A stretch of DNA of 64,000 nt from assembly GCA_964252035.1 (NCBI GenBank), contig OZ176205.1; one strand, written 5' to 3'. Of this stretch, positions 47,442 through 59,112 are shown in pieces. The DNA comes from Podarcis erhardii. Taxonomy: Eukaryota. Made by a program: the position numbers and the translations under genes. Each line of letters starts with the position of its first letter. Within the stretch, counting starts at the first letter, position 1. Under the pieces are notes generated by a model. The model saw only the letters and a list, made by a program, of their open reading frames with translations. It made no database searches and was not told where the DNA came from.

Positions 47442-49357
47442 GTGAGTGGCATAGCAATGCGGACATCTGTCTCCATTGTCCAAAGCTTAATGTTATTATA
47501 TGCACTATGAGCCCCGTTGCTCTTGTCATAGCAGTATAATACACACTGAGATGAATAGAAGCACCAATACACTAGCTTGTGAGTCCTTAGTTGACGTTTT
47601 TGTATCTCTTAAAATAATTCCACTGTGTAGTCTCAGTGACTTGTAAGGGAATGAGACTTATCAAAGGCCCATAGTGCACTGGGCGACTGAGATTGATTTT
47701 GTGGCAGTCATCGGGCTTTGTCCTAGGGCCCCTCAGGAAGTGGAGCATCCTTGGAGCCTAATTGCATTTCATATGCAAAATATGTGCAAAAAGCTGCTTT
47801 TCCTTAAAAAATGCAGCTTCAGGAGGGAGATGCAAACTACACCATTTCCCTATAAACCTCTATAAATCTTTGTCTATCTGTAAGTGATGTTTTAACCCAA
47901 CCTTTCAGTTTTATTTCTAAAACACTCAAAGATGGCCTACATCGCCTAAAATAAATTGAACCTCCAAAATACATATCCTGTGGGGTTTAAAATGCATGCT
48001 TGCTTCCTCAAAAGTACATCTGGAATCTGACAGAGGTATTGCGATGCAAGCAGCTTGGATGGAGAATTGACTTGGGGACAGAGAAAGGGTTAAATTCTCC
48101 CTCTCTGGTTCCACCCCCCTCCCAGTCCAAAACTCCTGCCTAAGAAAAGCAACCATTGGGCTTTACATGTTACATGCATTGGGGAGCAACATGTATTCCT
48201 GTCCTCTGGGTGAAACATTGCCTGCTGGATTGTGGTCTAGAGGAAATACCCAAGTGCTGACCTGGCTGGCTGTGCCCAAGCCCCTGTGCAAAATCTGGGC
48301 TTGAAGATTGCTCAGCTCTTTGCCAGAGAGCCAGAAAAGAAGCTCAGCTTTGTTTGGGCAAAACATGCACCAGTTTCTAGTGCTGAGCTGCTGGGGGCAG
48401 CCCACAGACAGAGAGAGGAAGTGCAACTGAGTTTTAATGGTAATCCCAGAGCAGCGCTGACTTCATCTGGTTGCTGTTGATAACAAAAACAGGGAGGGGG
48501 ATGTGTTGGCCTACATTGCTCAGGAGGCAGAGTGAGCCTCCCATGACCTCTGTGTGTGTGTTTTCTCTTTGTGCCACTGCTGACAAAGTGGATGGCGCCT
48601 TGCCAGTCTGCTAGCCTTCCCTCTGCCTGGGAGATATTTGGTAGGATGTTAACAAGATTTGCACGGGAGGGTCTTTGAGGCTGGGATCCAGCAGGAAACA
48701 TTGCCCTAGTAATTACGAGGCAATGATTATAATATGAGCACAGTGATTACAGGCTATCGCCAGCTCCGAAAATAGTGCTGTTTCCAAACAATGTGCCAGT
48801 CACTCCCTTGCATGGGAGTCTGCAGCGAAGCAAAGCTCCTGGAAAGCCTTTACTAGTCTCAACAGTAAAGCAAGCTAGACTGGAGTGGGCAGGGGTGTGT
48901 TCTTTTTCCAATGAAGGCCATGCTGTAAATTAATCAGGAAATAGCAAGGCATGTATATATTAATATGCCTATTTATTATTATTATTATTATACACTCTGT
49001 TTTCTGATATTTTAATTGAGCGCTGCTTTGGAAACATTTGTTGCAAATTGGTTAATGAATTCTGAAGGAAATCAGTAACCTGCATACTCTTACTGCAGAA
49101 TTGATCTGATCATACCTGGAAACTGTTCCTCTGCCTTTGAAAAATTGTAACTTATTTTTATTTGGGGGAGTGGGGTACCCTTTTCAAGGTATTCAAGTCA
49201 AAAGCAGCTCTTGGAGGAGAGGAGAGGATGAAAAATTGATGTGGGAGCAGGGCTGGTGTTAGTATGCTTGGAGGATAGTTCCCCATGTCTGCACCCAGAG
49301 AGAAACTGTTTGCTTGCCTGGCTGTGTTCAGTGACGTGGCGTGTGTTCCCTCTGCAG

Positions 49358-49467
49358 CCTGACCACCCCTTTCGGCAGTCTAAGGACACTGAAGAGAGGC
49401 TAAAGGTCATCCCCAAATTCTGTTTTCCTGACCCCAAAGACTGGTGCCCGACATCAGAGTCAAAGAG
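49358..49467 (+). CDS. DENND2C: DENND2C coding exon 8 (PDHPFRQSKDTEERLKVIPKFCFPDPKDWCPTSESK)
   Basis: ctgcag acceptor, AG|gtgaga donor, phase 0-2. uDENN motif IPKFCFP. Confidence 0.96.
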
Positions 49468-50756
49468 GTGAGAGACTGTAAAATGGATTGTTTTTATTTA
49501 GCGAGGATCTAGGCTAAGAACTGGATTACTTGGGAGCAGCAGTGGGGAACTGGACCTAGCTAGTGGGCCTGGGTCTGACCTCCTCTAACCCTTGTGTGGC
49601 ATTTTGACAGATCGGTGTGGCTACCAAACTGTCAATTACCCAATGTCACCATGACATCAGGCATAGCATTTTCATTGCCAGCATGGCCAAAGCACAGCAG
49701 GCTTATTGTTGATGCCTTCACACCCCACTTCCTTTGCCCAGGAGATTTGAAATCAGTTTGCAAAGGCACAGGGGTCTAGAGGCGCCTATGATCAGTAGGT
49801 CAGCAGCACCTTACAATCCATCCTTTCGGCAGGAAACCGCCCCACACCCGATGTCACTTCCTCTTGAACTTCCAGTGCTTAATGAAGCCTTTTTTCTTCA
49901 TTTCCAGCAGGCTTCTAAACTGAATTCTGATATTACAAATTTAACACATTCTTAGTCTTATTGCATTGGGTCTCCTGTACACCGACCACTTGGAGATGAC
50001 TGATTAAGTGGTATACAAATTGTTCAAGTACAGAAACAAATGATGACAACAGGTGTTGGGCATGACTTATGGGAAATGGTCTTGCAGGCCCGAGGTCCCT
50101 TGCTGCTGCTTGGGAGGTTTTCCATCTCTTAGAGTATCTCTTGTTGAGGGCTGAATAGTGACCCTGGGAGTAGAAGTGATTAGCATTGAGGGGTGGGGTT
50201 GGTTGCCCTTGGTAAGGGCAACATGTCTCCCCTTTCACGTGGTTTTGCAGCTCTCAGACTGAGATGCGTTAGGAAGCGTGTCCTTTTGGCTAGTTGAAGA
50301 AATTGATTTGATTTTTAATTTTATTTTAAAAGATACCCTACCTTGAAAATAGTGTTTAAAAGCACAAACAAAACTACAACCCTTTAGCAATCTTTTTATT
50401 TGCTTGTTACTTTCTGTCCACTCTTCCCCCAATTCACTGCAGTTTCGCAGTGACCTAGATATTGCTGACCATGAACTGCTTACCTACCCCAGTGGGACCC
50501 TTGCAAACAAGGGTGGGATAAGGAGGTAATCTCTTGGCGGCCAGTTCTGGTCATTTCTGGGTGGGTGGAGATCTTGGAAGGCAGCACACTGATGAAATAT
50601 CTGCTGTAAACAGATTTAGGAACTGGACAAGCGCTGTGTCATTTGTGCCCAGCAGTGAAATTCACGTTGTGAAGATGGGGCCCTCTGCAGGGTAGGCTAA
50701 CTCCTGCTGTGCTCACTCAGTAAACATGGCAATCTACTTTTTTCTCTCTTTCCCAG

Positions 50757-50826
50757 CGAAACGTTTTCCTTTGTGCTGACTGGTGAGGATGGCAGCCGCT
50801 GGTTCGGATATTGCAAGAAGCTCCTG
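50757..50826 (+). CDS. DENND2C: DENND2C coding exon 9 (SETFSFVLTGEDGSRWFGYCKKLL)
   Basis: tcccag acceptor, CTG|gtaagt donor, phase 2-0. uDENN motif FSFVLTxxDG. Confidence 0.96.
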
Positions 50827-51135
50827 GTAAGTAGCTCCCTGTCTTGGATGCTAGCATGAAAGCTCTGCAGCTGCAGGTGAAGGATGAGTGCATGTCCACA
50901 GTCCTGTGGCTTTGAGTGCCACTGCAGTGGCTAGCAGGCTATATGCCTGAGCAGCTTCAAATAATTTTTAAGGCTGGCATATTGAAGGAAAAGGAGGGTG
51001 GAGGGAAGATGCACTATTTAGAAGCTGAAACCAGGGATGCTCAGGTGACAGTAGGGTAAGAGATCCTTAGCAGTCTGGCCATCTTGCATGTTCCACTGCT
51101 TTGCACCTAAAGGTCTGCTCTTGTCACCTTTTTAG

Positions 51136-51213
51136 CCAGAAGGGAAAGGCAAACGACTGCCTGAGGTATACTGCATGGTGAGTCGCCTCGGCTGCTTCAA
51201 CCTTTTCTCTAAG
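51136..51213 (+). CDS. DENND2C: DENND2C coding exon 10 (PEGKGKRLPEVYCMVSRLGCFNLFSK)
   Basis: tttag acceptor, AAG|gtgagt donor, 78 nt phase 0-0. Confidence 0.96.
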
Positions 51214-51314
51214 GTGAGTGGGTTGCCCTGGACCTCATAGAGAAAGTGGTAAAATGCCTTTCTAGGGTTGCTGTTGGTTGTTGGGATGGCACATATTTTC
51301 ACAGCACTTCCGAC

Positions 51315-51443
51315 CAGGGTGGGGAGCCTGTGGCTCTACAGCAGTTAGTTGCACTCCATCTGCTCCAGCCAGCAGGGCCAGGCCAGGGATGATGGGAGCT
51401 GTAGTCCAGCAGCATCTGCAGGGCTACAGGCTCCCCAGCGCTG
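51315..51443. mobile_element. Family H hAT-type MITE
   Basis: cagggtggggagcctgtggc...gggatgatgggagctgtagtccagcagcatctg...caggctccccagcgctg. Confidence 0.65.
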
Positions 51444-51774
51444 TAGTAAAAGAAATGAGGGGAAGGGTTGGATCTTAATGCACCTTTAGTGGGGTGGAAG
51501 CAAAATCAGCACCAGTAAAGGTTAATCCAAAGCCAACCCCGCTTTCCCCAGCCCCCAGAGTTGTGGCTGGAAAGGATGTGGTCTCTTGATTTAAAGAAGC
51601 TCTTAAGAAACAAGGTTTCAGTTCCCTTCTTACTGGAAGAGAAGGGTAGTGCTTTGAGGAAGACAGCAGAGAAAACTGCCTTGCTGGCTGCAGACTGGCA
51701 AAATGACAATAATTCGTTCAACGTGGTTTGTAATGTATTCTGAAGAGACTTCATCACATAACAGCTTGTTGCTT

Positions 51775-52205
51775 GTCATTCATTTCATTTTCAAATATTA
51801 AATTTGTATACTGCCCTTCATCTGAAGATCACAACATAAAAGTACAACATGAGAACACAAAATACATAACAAAACAAAACAAATTTTAAAGGACACGTTT
51901 TAAAGGACATAGAATGTTATGGGCCTGGTTATAGGGAAACGTTTTTGCCTGGTGCCTAAAGATACATAATGAAAGCGCCAGGCAAACCCCCCAGGAAAGA
52001 GCATTCCACAAATGGGGAGCCACTGCAGAAAAGGCCTGTTCTTGTGCTGCCACCCTCTGGACCTCTTGCGGAGGAAGCGCACAAAGAAGGGTCTCAGATG
52101 GTGATCTCAGGGTCTGGGTCAGTTTATAAGGGGACAGGCGGTCCTCGAGGCACTGCAGCCCTGAGCCATTTAAGACTTTATAGGTCAAAACCAGAACTCT
52201 GATTC
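51775..52205 (-). mobile_element. L2 LINE 3' end (ORF2 C-terminus plus 3' UTR), antisense
   Basis: Minus-strand peptide CLEDRLSPYKLTQTLRS...AFSAVAPHLWNAL...FRHQAKTF is the typical L2 C-terminus (YLKDRL..LRS..RAFSVAAPxLWNxLP..FKxxLKT). Confidence 0.8.
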
Positions 52206-52317
52206 ACGTCCTCCTTCATTATACGTAGTCGCTGTGGCATTGCCAAACTGATCTGTGAGATTTGCACAAGGCATCCTGATTGTTTGCCAGCAGCTCCTTT
52301 TGGACTTCCCATAGGCA

Positions 52318-52512
52318 ACTAACCATAATGGCTATGTTCTGCCTCCGGTGTCAGAGGCAGTATATCTCTGAATGCCAGTTCCTGGGAATCAAAGGTGGGG
52401 AAAGTGCTGTTGTGCTCATGTTTCATTTGTGGGCTTCTCACAGGCATCTGGTTGACCCCCGTGAGAGAAAGATGGGCCATTGGTCTCATCCAGCAAGGCA
52501 GTTCTTAGGTTT
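52318..52512 (+). mobile_element. CR1-type 3' UTR fragment
   Basis: tggctatgttctgcctcc...gaggcagtat...ggcatctggttg...gatgggccattggtctcatccagca. Homologous to 35778. Confidence 0.65.
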
Positions 52513-53323
52513 GTTTTCGAAAAACTGTTAACTGCTCTCTGCAATATTATCAGTCATATAAAGGAATGTATAACTGAACATTAACATTTAATAGCATTTC
52601 AATTTTAAGCATCTTTTGGCCTTCTCTTTGAACCATTTACATCCTCCATGCACCATATTGATGGATTTTAGGTGTGACTTCATGAGCAAGGAGGAAATGC
52701 ACACTCATTGTTTTTTGTAGGATTAGGGGGTTGAACTGGATCTGCTTTGGCCCCAGGGTAAAACTGCCTCCGCCTCATTTGTCTTGAGATGCCCAGTGTA
52801 ACATATACAGTAAGATCTCAGATCTCATTACATGATCAGTATTACTCCAAGCACACTAGCCGCCACTTAGAAAAGTGAAAGAGACAGCCAAGGAAAACAA
52901 ATGGGTTGTGTGCGCATTTAAATATGCAATTACGCGACTTAACAAAGTATTGTGAAGGAAGCGTAGGCGGCTGGAGTCTGGAAGAATGCTGACAACAAAC
53001 TTTGAAAGTGGCTCACAATGAGCTAGGGGAGGTGAAGGAATGAGGAATTGAATGTGAGGAAGGTGGAATTGGGGGGGGGGTGCATCTAGGGGTGTGTCCT
53101 GGGTGGGTGGGATCCGCCCACTTGGTGACACGGTGACTTACTCACTTACTCACTTTTCTGGTGAATTAACTTGGAAAACTGGTTTCTCTGGATGGTTGTG
53201 CCATTACAATGAAGGACACATCTGTGCTGGGGGAGGGAAATGAATGTGCCTTTATATCATGTGCTAATAACACAGCACATCTTACGAGAGGACATCAGCT
53301 GAAGTGTCAATCGTTTCTGCTTT

Positions 53324-53471
53324 CATAGAATAATAGAGTTGGAAGGGATCCTGAGAATAATCTAGTCCGACCCCCTGTGATGCAGGAATGTGGAACTGTC
53401 CCTTGTGGGGATCAAAACTGCAATCTTGGTGCTCTAAGCATTACACTATAACCAGCTGAGCTATCCAGCTG
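53324..53471 (-). mobile_element. Short SINE with tRNA-like head and CR1-derived tail, antisense
   Basis: Reverse complement reads ggatagctcagctggtt...gatcccc...cctgcatcacagggggtcggactag...cccttccaactctattattctatg. Confidence 0.7.
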
Positions 53472-53533
53472 CTTCTCACTTGTGTTGCGGCCAGGAAGAA
53501 CCAGTCTTGTAACAGTAAATTCTTCTCATGCAG

Positions 53534-53674
53534 ATATTGGATGAAGTGGAGAAGAGGCGTGAGATGTCCCCAGCCCTGGTGCACCCATTCATGCGCAGTG
53601 TCATGGAGGCACCGTTCCCTGCTCCTGGGCGCACTATCACTGTGAAGAGTTTCCTGCCGGGAGCAGGAAATGAG
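53534..53674 (+). CDS. DENND2C: DENND2C coding exon 11 (ILDEVEKRREMSPALVHPFMRSVMEAPFPAPGRTITVKSFLPGAGNE)
   Basis: atgcag acceptor, GAG|gtaatg donor, 141 nt. Confidence 0.96.
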
Positions 53675-54051
53675 GTAATGGCAAAAGGCATTGTTGCCTA
53701 GCAAAGGCGTGAGGAATGATTGCAGTAGGAACCCGGGGGAAGGCTTTTTTCACTGCCCAGAATGTGCAAGTCATGAAGCAATTTCCAGAGGGTTGCTGAG
53801 TTGCTGTCATCCTTTATCTGTCCTTTTGGGACACAATTCAGAGCTTGCCAAGTCTATGAGCACACACCTAAGTAAATGCATGAGCGGAACAACTTCCATT
53901 TGCACAGTGGGACTTCCCTTCCCCTTTGTGCACCCCTTTAAATCTGTTCTGGGGGTTCCCCCAACCCTCGTATCAGATTTGGGGATGGCATAGTGCATGT
54001 GTGGAGGGAGAAGAGGAAGCCATTCTGCTCCTATAATTATTTAACTGAATA

Positions 54052-54302
54052 CAGTCGTACCTTGGTTGTCAAACGCCTTGGTACTTGAATGTTCTGGCTC
54101 CCGAACACCGCAAACCTGGGAGTGAGTGTTCTGGTTTGTGAACGTTTTTGGGAAGCTGAACGTCTGGCGCAGCTTCCGCGGCTTCCGATTGGGTGCAGGA
54201 AGCTCCTGCAGCCAATCGGAAGCTGCGCCTTGGTTTTCGAACCGTTCCGGGAGTTGAATGGACTCCCAGAACGGATTAAGTTCGACAACCAAGGTACCAC
54301 TG
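54052..54302. mobile_element. Tc1/mariner-type MITE, family C (251 bp)
   Basis: TA on both sides. 23-bp TIR cagt(c/g)gtaccttggttgtc(a/g)aac with 2 mismatches. Internal 20-bp hairpin. Confidence 0.9.
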
Positions 54303-54394
54303 TACCACCTCAACATTTTGGGTTTCAAGAGAGAACACAACAACAAAATAGCTCAGTTCTTGTCCATAACTCATTTACAATTGTCTGCTCTCAG

Positions 54395-54543
54395 GTAATT
54401 GAGCTTTGCCGTCCCCTGGACTCGCGTCTGGAACATGTCGACTTTGAATGCCTGTTTAAGTGCCTCAGCGTCTCTCATTTGATCCAAGTCTGCGCTTCTC
54501 TCCTGCTGGAAAGGAGGGTGATCTTTGTTGCTGACAATTTGAG
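54395..54543 (+). CDS. DENND2C: DENND2C coding exon 12 (VIELCRPLDSRLEHVDFECLFKCLSVSHLIQVCASLLLERRVIFVADNL), cDENN
   Basis: ctctcag acceptor, AG|gtgaga donor, phase 0-2. cDENN motif LLLERRVIF. Confidence 0.96.
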
Positions 54544-54832
54544 GTGAGACTGAAATGACAAGTCCCCTGCCTGGCTTGGCAAGATCTTCGTGTGCGTGTG
54601 TTTCCCCCCGCCCTTTCTGAACCTTCCATGCCACAAAATCATTGCAACTTTTCTTGTTAATGCATATGTAGACTATCATCATCATCCAAATTCAGCCACC
54701 ATAAAATGCAAACTCTGGAAACGTGAAGCAGATATTCATGAATTACTGGGGGGAAAGACTATTGGTCTACCTTTACATAAGGTGTAGCTTGCATGGAACC
54801 TGACACCAAAATCTGGAATTGCAGGGCCAGCT

Positions 54833-55015
54833 GGGGAAGGGCTGTAGATCAGCAGTTGAGCACCTGCTTTGCATGCAGAAGGTCCCAGGTTCAATCCCTG
54901 CCATCTCCAATCTTGTCTGAAATGCTGGAGAGCTGCTGCCAGTCAGTGCAGGCAAAGCTTAGCTAGATGGACCAGTCGTCTGACTTGGTATAAAGCAGCT
55001 TCCTATATTCCTATG
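54833..55015 (+). mobile_element. tRNA-Ala(UGC)-derived SINE
   Basis: Head gggctgtagatcagcagttgagcacctgctttgcatgcagaaggtcccaggttcaatccctgccatctcca continues into body gagagctgctgccagtcag...gcagcttcctatattcctatg. Antisense relatives at 16085, 29345 and 57395. Confidence 0.8.
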
Positions 55016-55424
55016 CTTCTTCGTACTTGGGAAAAGTGCATTACACAGTCATCTTGGAACTGTACAACTTCATAATTGTGGTGGGAGATAGCATGTGTGA
55101 ATTTTCCTCCATAAAAAACGAATTGCACTTAGAAGACTTTCATACCATGGAAAAACCTGTATTCTTTCCCGCTAAGATTCTGACTTTCAGGAACCAGGGA
55201 GTATTTATTATGGGACAGCATTAATTCTTGCAGTTAACTACCTCTATTTTGCAGTGGTACCGTTCCAAAAGTTTCACATATTTTCTCTTGCATGGGACCA
55301 TTACATACATCACATTTTAGCCTTTACCTGTACTAAATGAATTTCTCTAAATTAGGGGTGCTTTTCATCAATCAGGGACTTCATATACTGACTAATGCTT
55401 TTGTGTTTTATTTCCCTCGCTTAG

Positions 55425-55602
55425 CACCTTGTCCAAATGTGGTCATGCTGTGGTTGCAGCGCTCTACCCATTCACCTGGCAACACACTTATATCCCTGTC
55501 CTGCCAGATTCTATGATAGACATTGTCTGCTCACCTACCCCTTTCCTTATTGGCATCCTCTCCTGCTCCTTAACTCAGCTCCAGGACCTGCCCATTGAAG
55601 AG
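55425..55602 (+). CDS. DENND2C: DENND2C coding exon 13 (STLSKCGHAVVAALYPFTWQHTYIPVLPDSMIDIVCSPTPFLIGILSCSLTQLQDLPIEE)
   Basis: cttag acceptor with upstream ctgac/ctaat branch point, GAG|gtgaga donor. cDENN motif YPFxWQHxYIPVLP...PTPFLIG. Confidence 0.97.
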
Positions 55603-56370
55603 GTGAGATCTGAGAAAACCTCAGGAGGAAATGTAAGGGATGGTGGTGCCCCAGTTATTACACCATATTAGTGAGGAGTAGTGGTGTGTTCTGGGATGAC
55701 GTATTCATTTAAGACAATATGCTTAATTTTTACGCTTTCACGAACCTTGAGTCCATCAGTGATATACCGTATCCAGTGTAGTGCTACGTGAATGTTCATC
55801 AGCCCAAGGATTTCTGCTTGTGCAGTAGAATGTTTTGTCCCCCTCCTCCCACCCCACGCCCCCTAAATCTGATCTAGGCATTCCCCCAACCCTCCAGAGC
55901 AATTCTTGTCCTTATGGGACATGTTAGTTGAATGCTCTCCATTGGTATCAACATAACTGTTTGCTCAATGGCCCATTTACACAGAATAACTTTTTAAAGA
56001 CCTTGATGGGGCCAGGGACTTGAATATTCATTTGTAGACATTGCTCCCCCTTCCTTCTCTTCTCAGTTGAAATGTGCTGCCATTGTAGATGTGGCCCCCT
56101 CCATGCGCAATAGCTTCCACCAAAGTGCTTGAATTGAAGTCAGAGCTATGAAGCGATAACTTTGTCCTATCCCGGATTGCCAACGATTGATGGACACCAC
56201 AGTCACTTGATAAGAAGGGTTGTGCTTATGTTATCTGATCTGTGTTATCTGTTCCGTGCAGCCAGACAATAGCCTGTTGTCACAGTGTCATGTGAATCAG
56301 GATAGGAGGACTGTGGGCTGCACAAGGGATTTGTGGATTATATGCAGTAACCGTCTATCTCTTTCCTTAG

Positions 56371-56412
56371 GTACTGATTGTTGATCTGTGCGCAGATACA
56401 TTTTTACAACAG
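56371..56412 (+). CDS. DENND2C: DENND2C coding exon 14, 42 nt (VLIVDLCADTFLQQ)
   Basis: tttccttag acceptor, CAG|gtgagt donor, phase 0-0. Human equivalent VLIVDLCADKFLQE. Confidence 0.94.
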
Positions 56413-57394
56413 GTGAGTCAAATTACTTAGCTACTGGCTGCTTCACAAGCAAGCAGAAAAATTCCCCCCCACATCCTGAATGGAGCCTTACAGTGGAGTG
56501 GGGATAAATACACAAAAGAAGCTAAGGATCAAACTGCACATTGGAGATCCATATTCAGATCTGCTGGCTCTTTGTTTAAACTTAAAAGGAACAGGGAACA
56601 AATTGGATTGAGACTGCAGAGCTGGGGGAAGTCGGGGTTTAATCTGTTCCCATTTGCCATTTACCTGATTTCCTCTGCCCCAAACTGTCTACACTGATGA
56701 GGAAAAAGGACATCAAGGATGATTAGTCTTGTCATTTTGTGGTTCTGAGGACTGGGAAGAGGGATTGCAGAATGCTGGGCTTCTGGGGAGATAAGATTGC
56801 CCAAGGGAGTTTTTATTTTGTCTGTGCATTTGAGTGGCTTAGGTATCAACAAGTGTTTTCTGTGGGGAAGTGGTATTTCCTAAGACAGCTGAAACTTAGT
56901 AGGGGGCTGTGGCCAAAATTTCCAGTTGGCTCACTTCTCACATAATGAGATAGCATTTTTTCAAACTATGTGCATGAGCAGGAAGGAGTCACCATGAATT
57001 CCAGACTTTAGTCAGTTTCTAAACAAACTTAACTTCAAACAATAGATTACAAAGCTGGCTTGCTTAATTAACCAGAGTGTGTTTTTAAACCACAATATTA
57101 GGTTTGCACCTAACAACAAGCCAGATCTTGTGGAAAGTGAAACTAAACACTTTCCTAGACACACCTGGGAAGACGGAGGATGAGCTTAAGTTCAATGGGG
57201 TTCCCTACTGCTTGAGCCCATGGTTATCGTGGTTTAGCATGATAGGAATGAGCCTAGCTCCCCTTGGACTTCTGTGCTCTCCATTGCTCCCCCACTCCCA
57301 GCATGGCTGCAATGAGACTGGAAGCTTCTGCTTTAAATTAACCTTGGTTTACTGTGTTGTCCAATCCATAAACTGTGGTTATTCTTGGAAAATA

Positions 57395-57545
57395 GGAAGC
57401 TGCTTTGTAACGTCAGATGATTGCCTGTCTAGATCAGGTTTAAGGCAGAGATCTTTCCCACCCCTATCTGGAGATGCTGGGAATTGCATGGGTGGAGATT
57501 TTTTAAACCTTTCCCATGCCATAGTTCTGCTGAAACCCCCCACCT
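57395..57545 (-). mobile_element. tRNA-derived SINE, antisense, degenerate (family of 54833)
   Basis: ggaagctgcttt...gtcaga...ctatctggagatgctggga matches the reverse complement of the 54833 family. Confidence 0.5.
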
Positions 57546-57736
57546 AAGTCGCTATTTGCATCAGAGAGAAGCTTCTGCTGGGACCAATGGCAGCTTTGCT
57601 TCTCACACAAATACCTTTAAGGGGATGGGTGCTAAAGGTTTAAGTCCCTTCCCCCACTTTCTTCAGTCCTGGTCCTGATCGTTGCCGCCTGCCCCATGAT
57701 TGCTGTTCTGAAATAAAAATGCAGAAGGACAAACTA

Positions 57737-57979
57737 CAGTGGTACCTTGGTTTACAACCATAATCCGTTCCGGAGGTCTGGTTGTAAACCAAAACAGGTT
57801 GTAACCCAAGGCGCGCTTTTGCCAATGGGCTCTCCCACCCCCCGCCAATTGGTTGTAATCCAAAAAATAGAAAATAAATGGGTTGTAATCCAAAAAAAGG
57901 GACATGCACTTCCGGGTTTGACGTGGTTGTAATCCAAAATGGTTGTAGTCCAAAGCAGTTGCAAACCAAGGTACCACTG
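57737..57979. mobile_element. Tc1/mariner-type MITE, family D (243 bp)
   Basis: TA on both sides. 22-bp TIR cagtggtaccttggttt(a/g)caac with 1 mismatch. About six internal ggttgta(a/g)Ncc repeats. Confidence 0.9.
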
Positions 57980-58602
57980 TATACTTGTAATGTGACTTGC
58001 ATTTTGGTCTTTAGAAAGCTATTGTCTCTCTAGCATCTTGCTGCTTCTATTTTCTGTGTTTCCTCTCCACAAGAGTTCTTCTCCTCATTGTCTAGAGTCT
58101 AGACAGTCGAGAGTTTCCTGTAGTCAGCTGTTCTTAAAATAATATCTAGGGTTGTCATTCTCTGCTGACTTCCCTTTTCCCCTGTTGCCCGAAGGTGCTC
58201 CCCCAGGCAAAGCAGGGGAGGCTGACAAACTGTTCAATGCAACATTCCACCAAGCAAAATGGAAATGTCATTGGACTTTATAGTTCTAATGCACAACTCC
58301 TGGTTAAGGAGTACTCAGGAGTAATTGGGTCATTGCATTTGCCCAATATCTAGTACTTCGGTATATTAGAATGTTTGAAAGGCATTGCTAATCTCAGGCC
58401 GTTGTTGTTTGTGTAATGGTGTTTCTGTCCATGGCAAAAGACAGGTCTCTGCCCAGAGGAATTTAGTTTTAAACTTCAGCAGTTGCCAAGGTGGGTGGAG
58501 AGGCGGCAGGCAGAGAGGGAAGGAAGGGTGGCTTGCATGAGAGCAAAAGCAGGCAGCTGTATCTAGATTTTGATCCAACTGAGGACAAGAATTAAGGAGT
58601 TC

Positions 58603-58638
58603 AGGCCAAAGGGTTAAATAGGCCAAAGGGTTAAATAG
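58603..58638. repeat. Perfect tandem duplication, 17-bp unit x2 (aggccaaagggttaaat)
   Basis: Direct reading. Confidence 0.9.
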
Positions 58639-59112
58639 AAGCAATTTGCTAAGATTTGTTTCGGTTTCAATTATAGAAAGCTATAAATGTCCTCAGGAGT
58701 ACATCAGTTTCTCTTATCGTCTGTCTGTTTATCTGATCCTCTGTTCATGGTAGTGACCATTGCCACATCTTATGGTAGCAAATTGCAGACTGTAGTTCAT
58801 GTGATGTGTGAAGAAGCATGTCCTCTTTCCCTTTCTTGAATCTTCCACCTCAGTTTCTAATATAACAATAGAGGAAGAATAACTTCTCCCTCTCCACACT
58901 CTTCACACCAAGCAGTCCTCCTTTTTTTGCTCCACTGGTCTGTTCTGCATTGGAGGCAGTGCATGGGAGTTGGTTATTCAAAGGATCTATCTTAAGATGT
59001 GACATTAATTTATTGGATTTTTGTTTAGTTTTTGAATTCTGCTTCTAGGGGCTAGAGATCTGTAGTGGTTGTATCAACATCTGCAATGCTTTTTAAAAAT
59101 ATTTTTGATAAT

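Noticed and set aside
54838-54909. tRNA-Ala(UGC) gene
   Set aside because: The D arm and acceptor stem are broken. It runs into a SINE body found elsewhere in the window and has no poly-T terminator.
57640-58002. ORFs with repeated GLQP / WITT / LDYN motifs
   Set aside because: These are translations of the internal ggttgtaatcc repeats of MITE family D.
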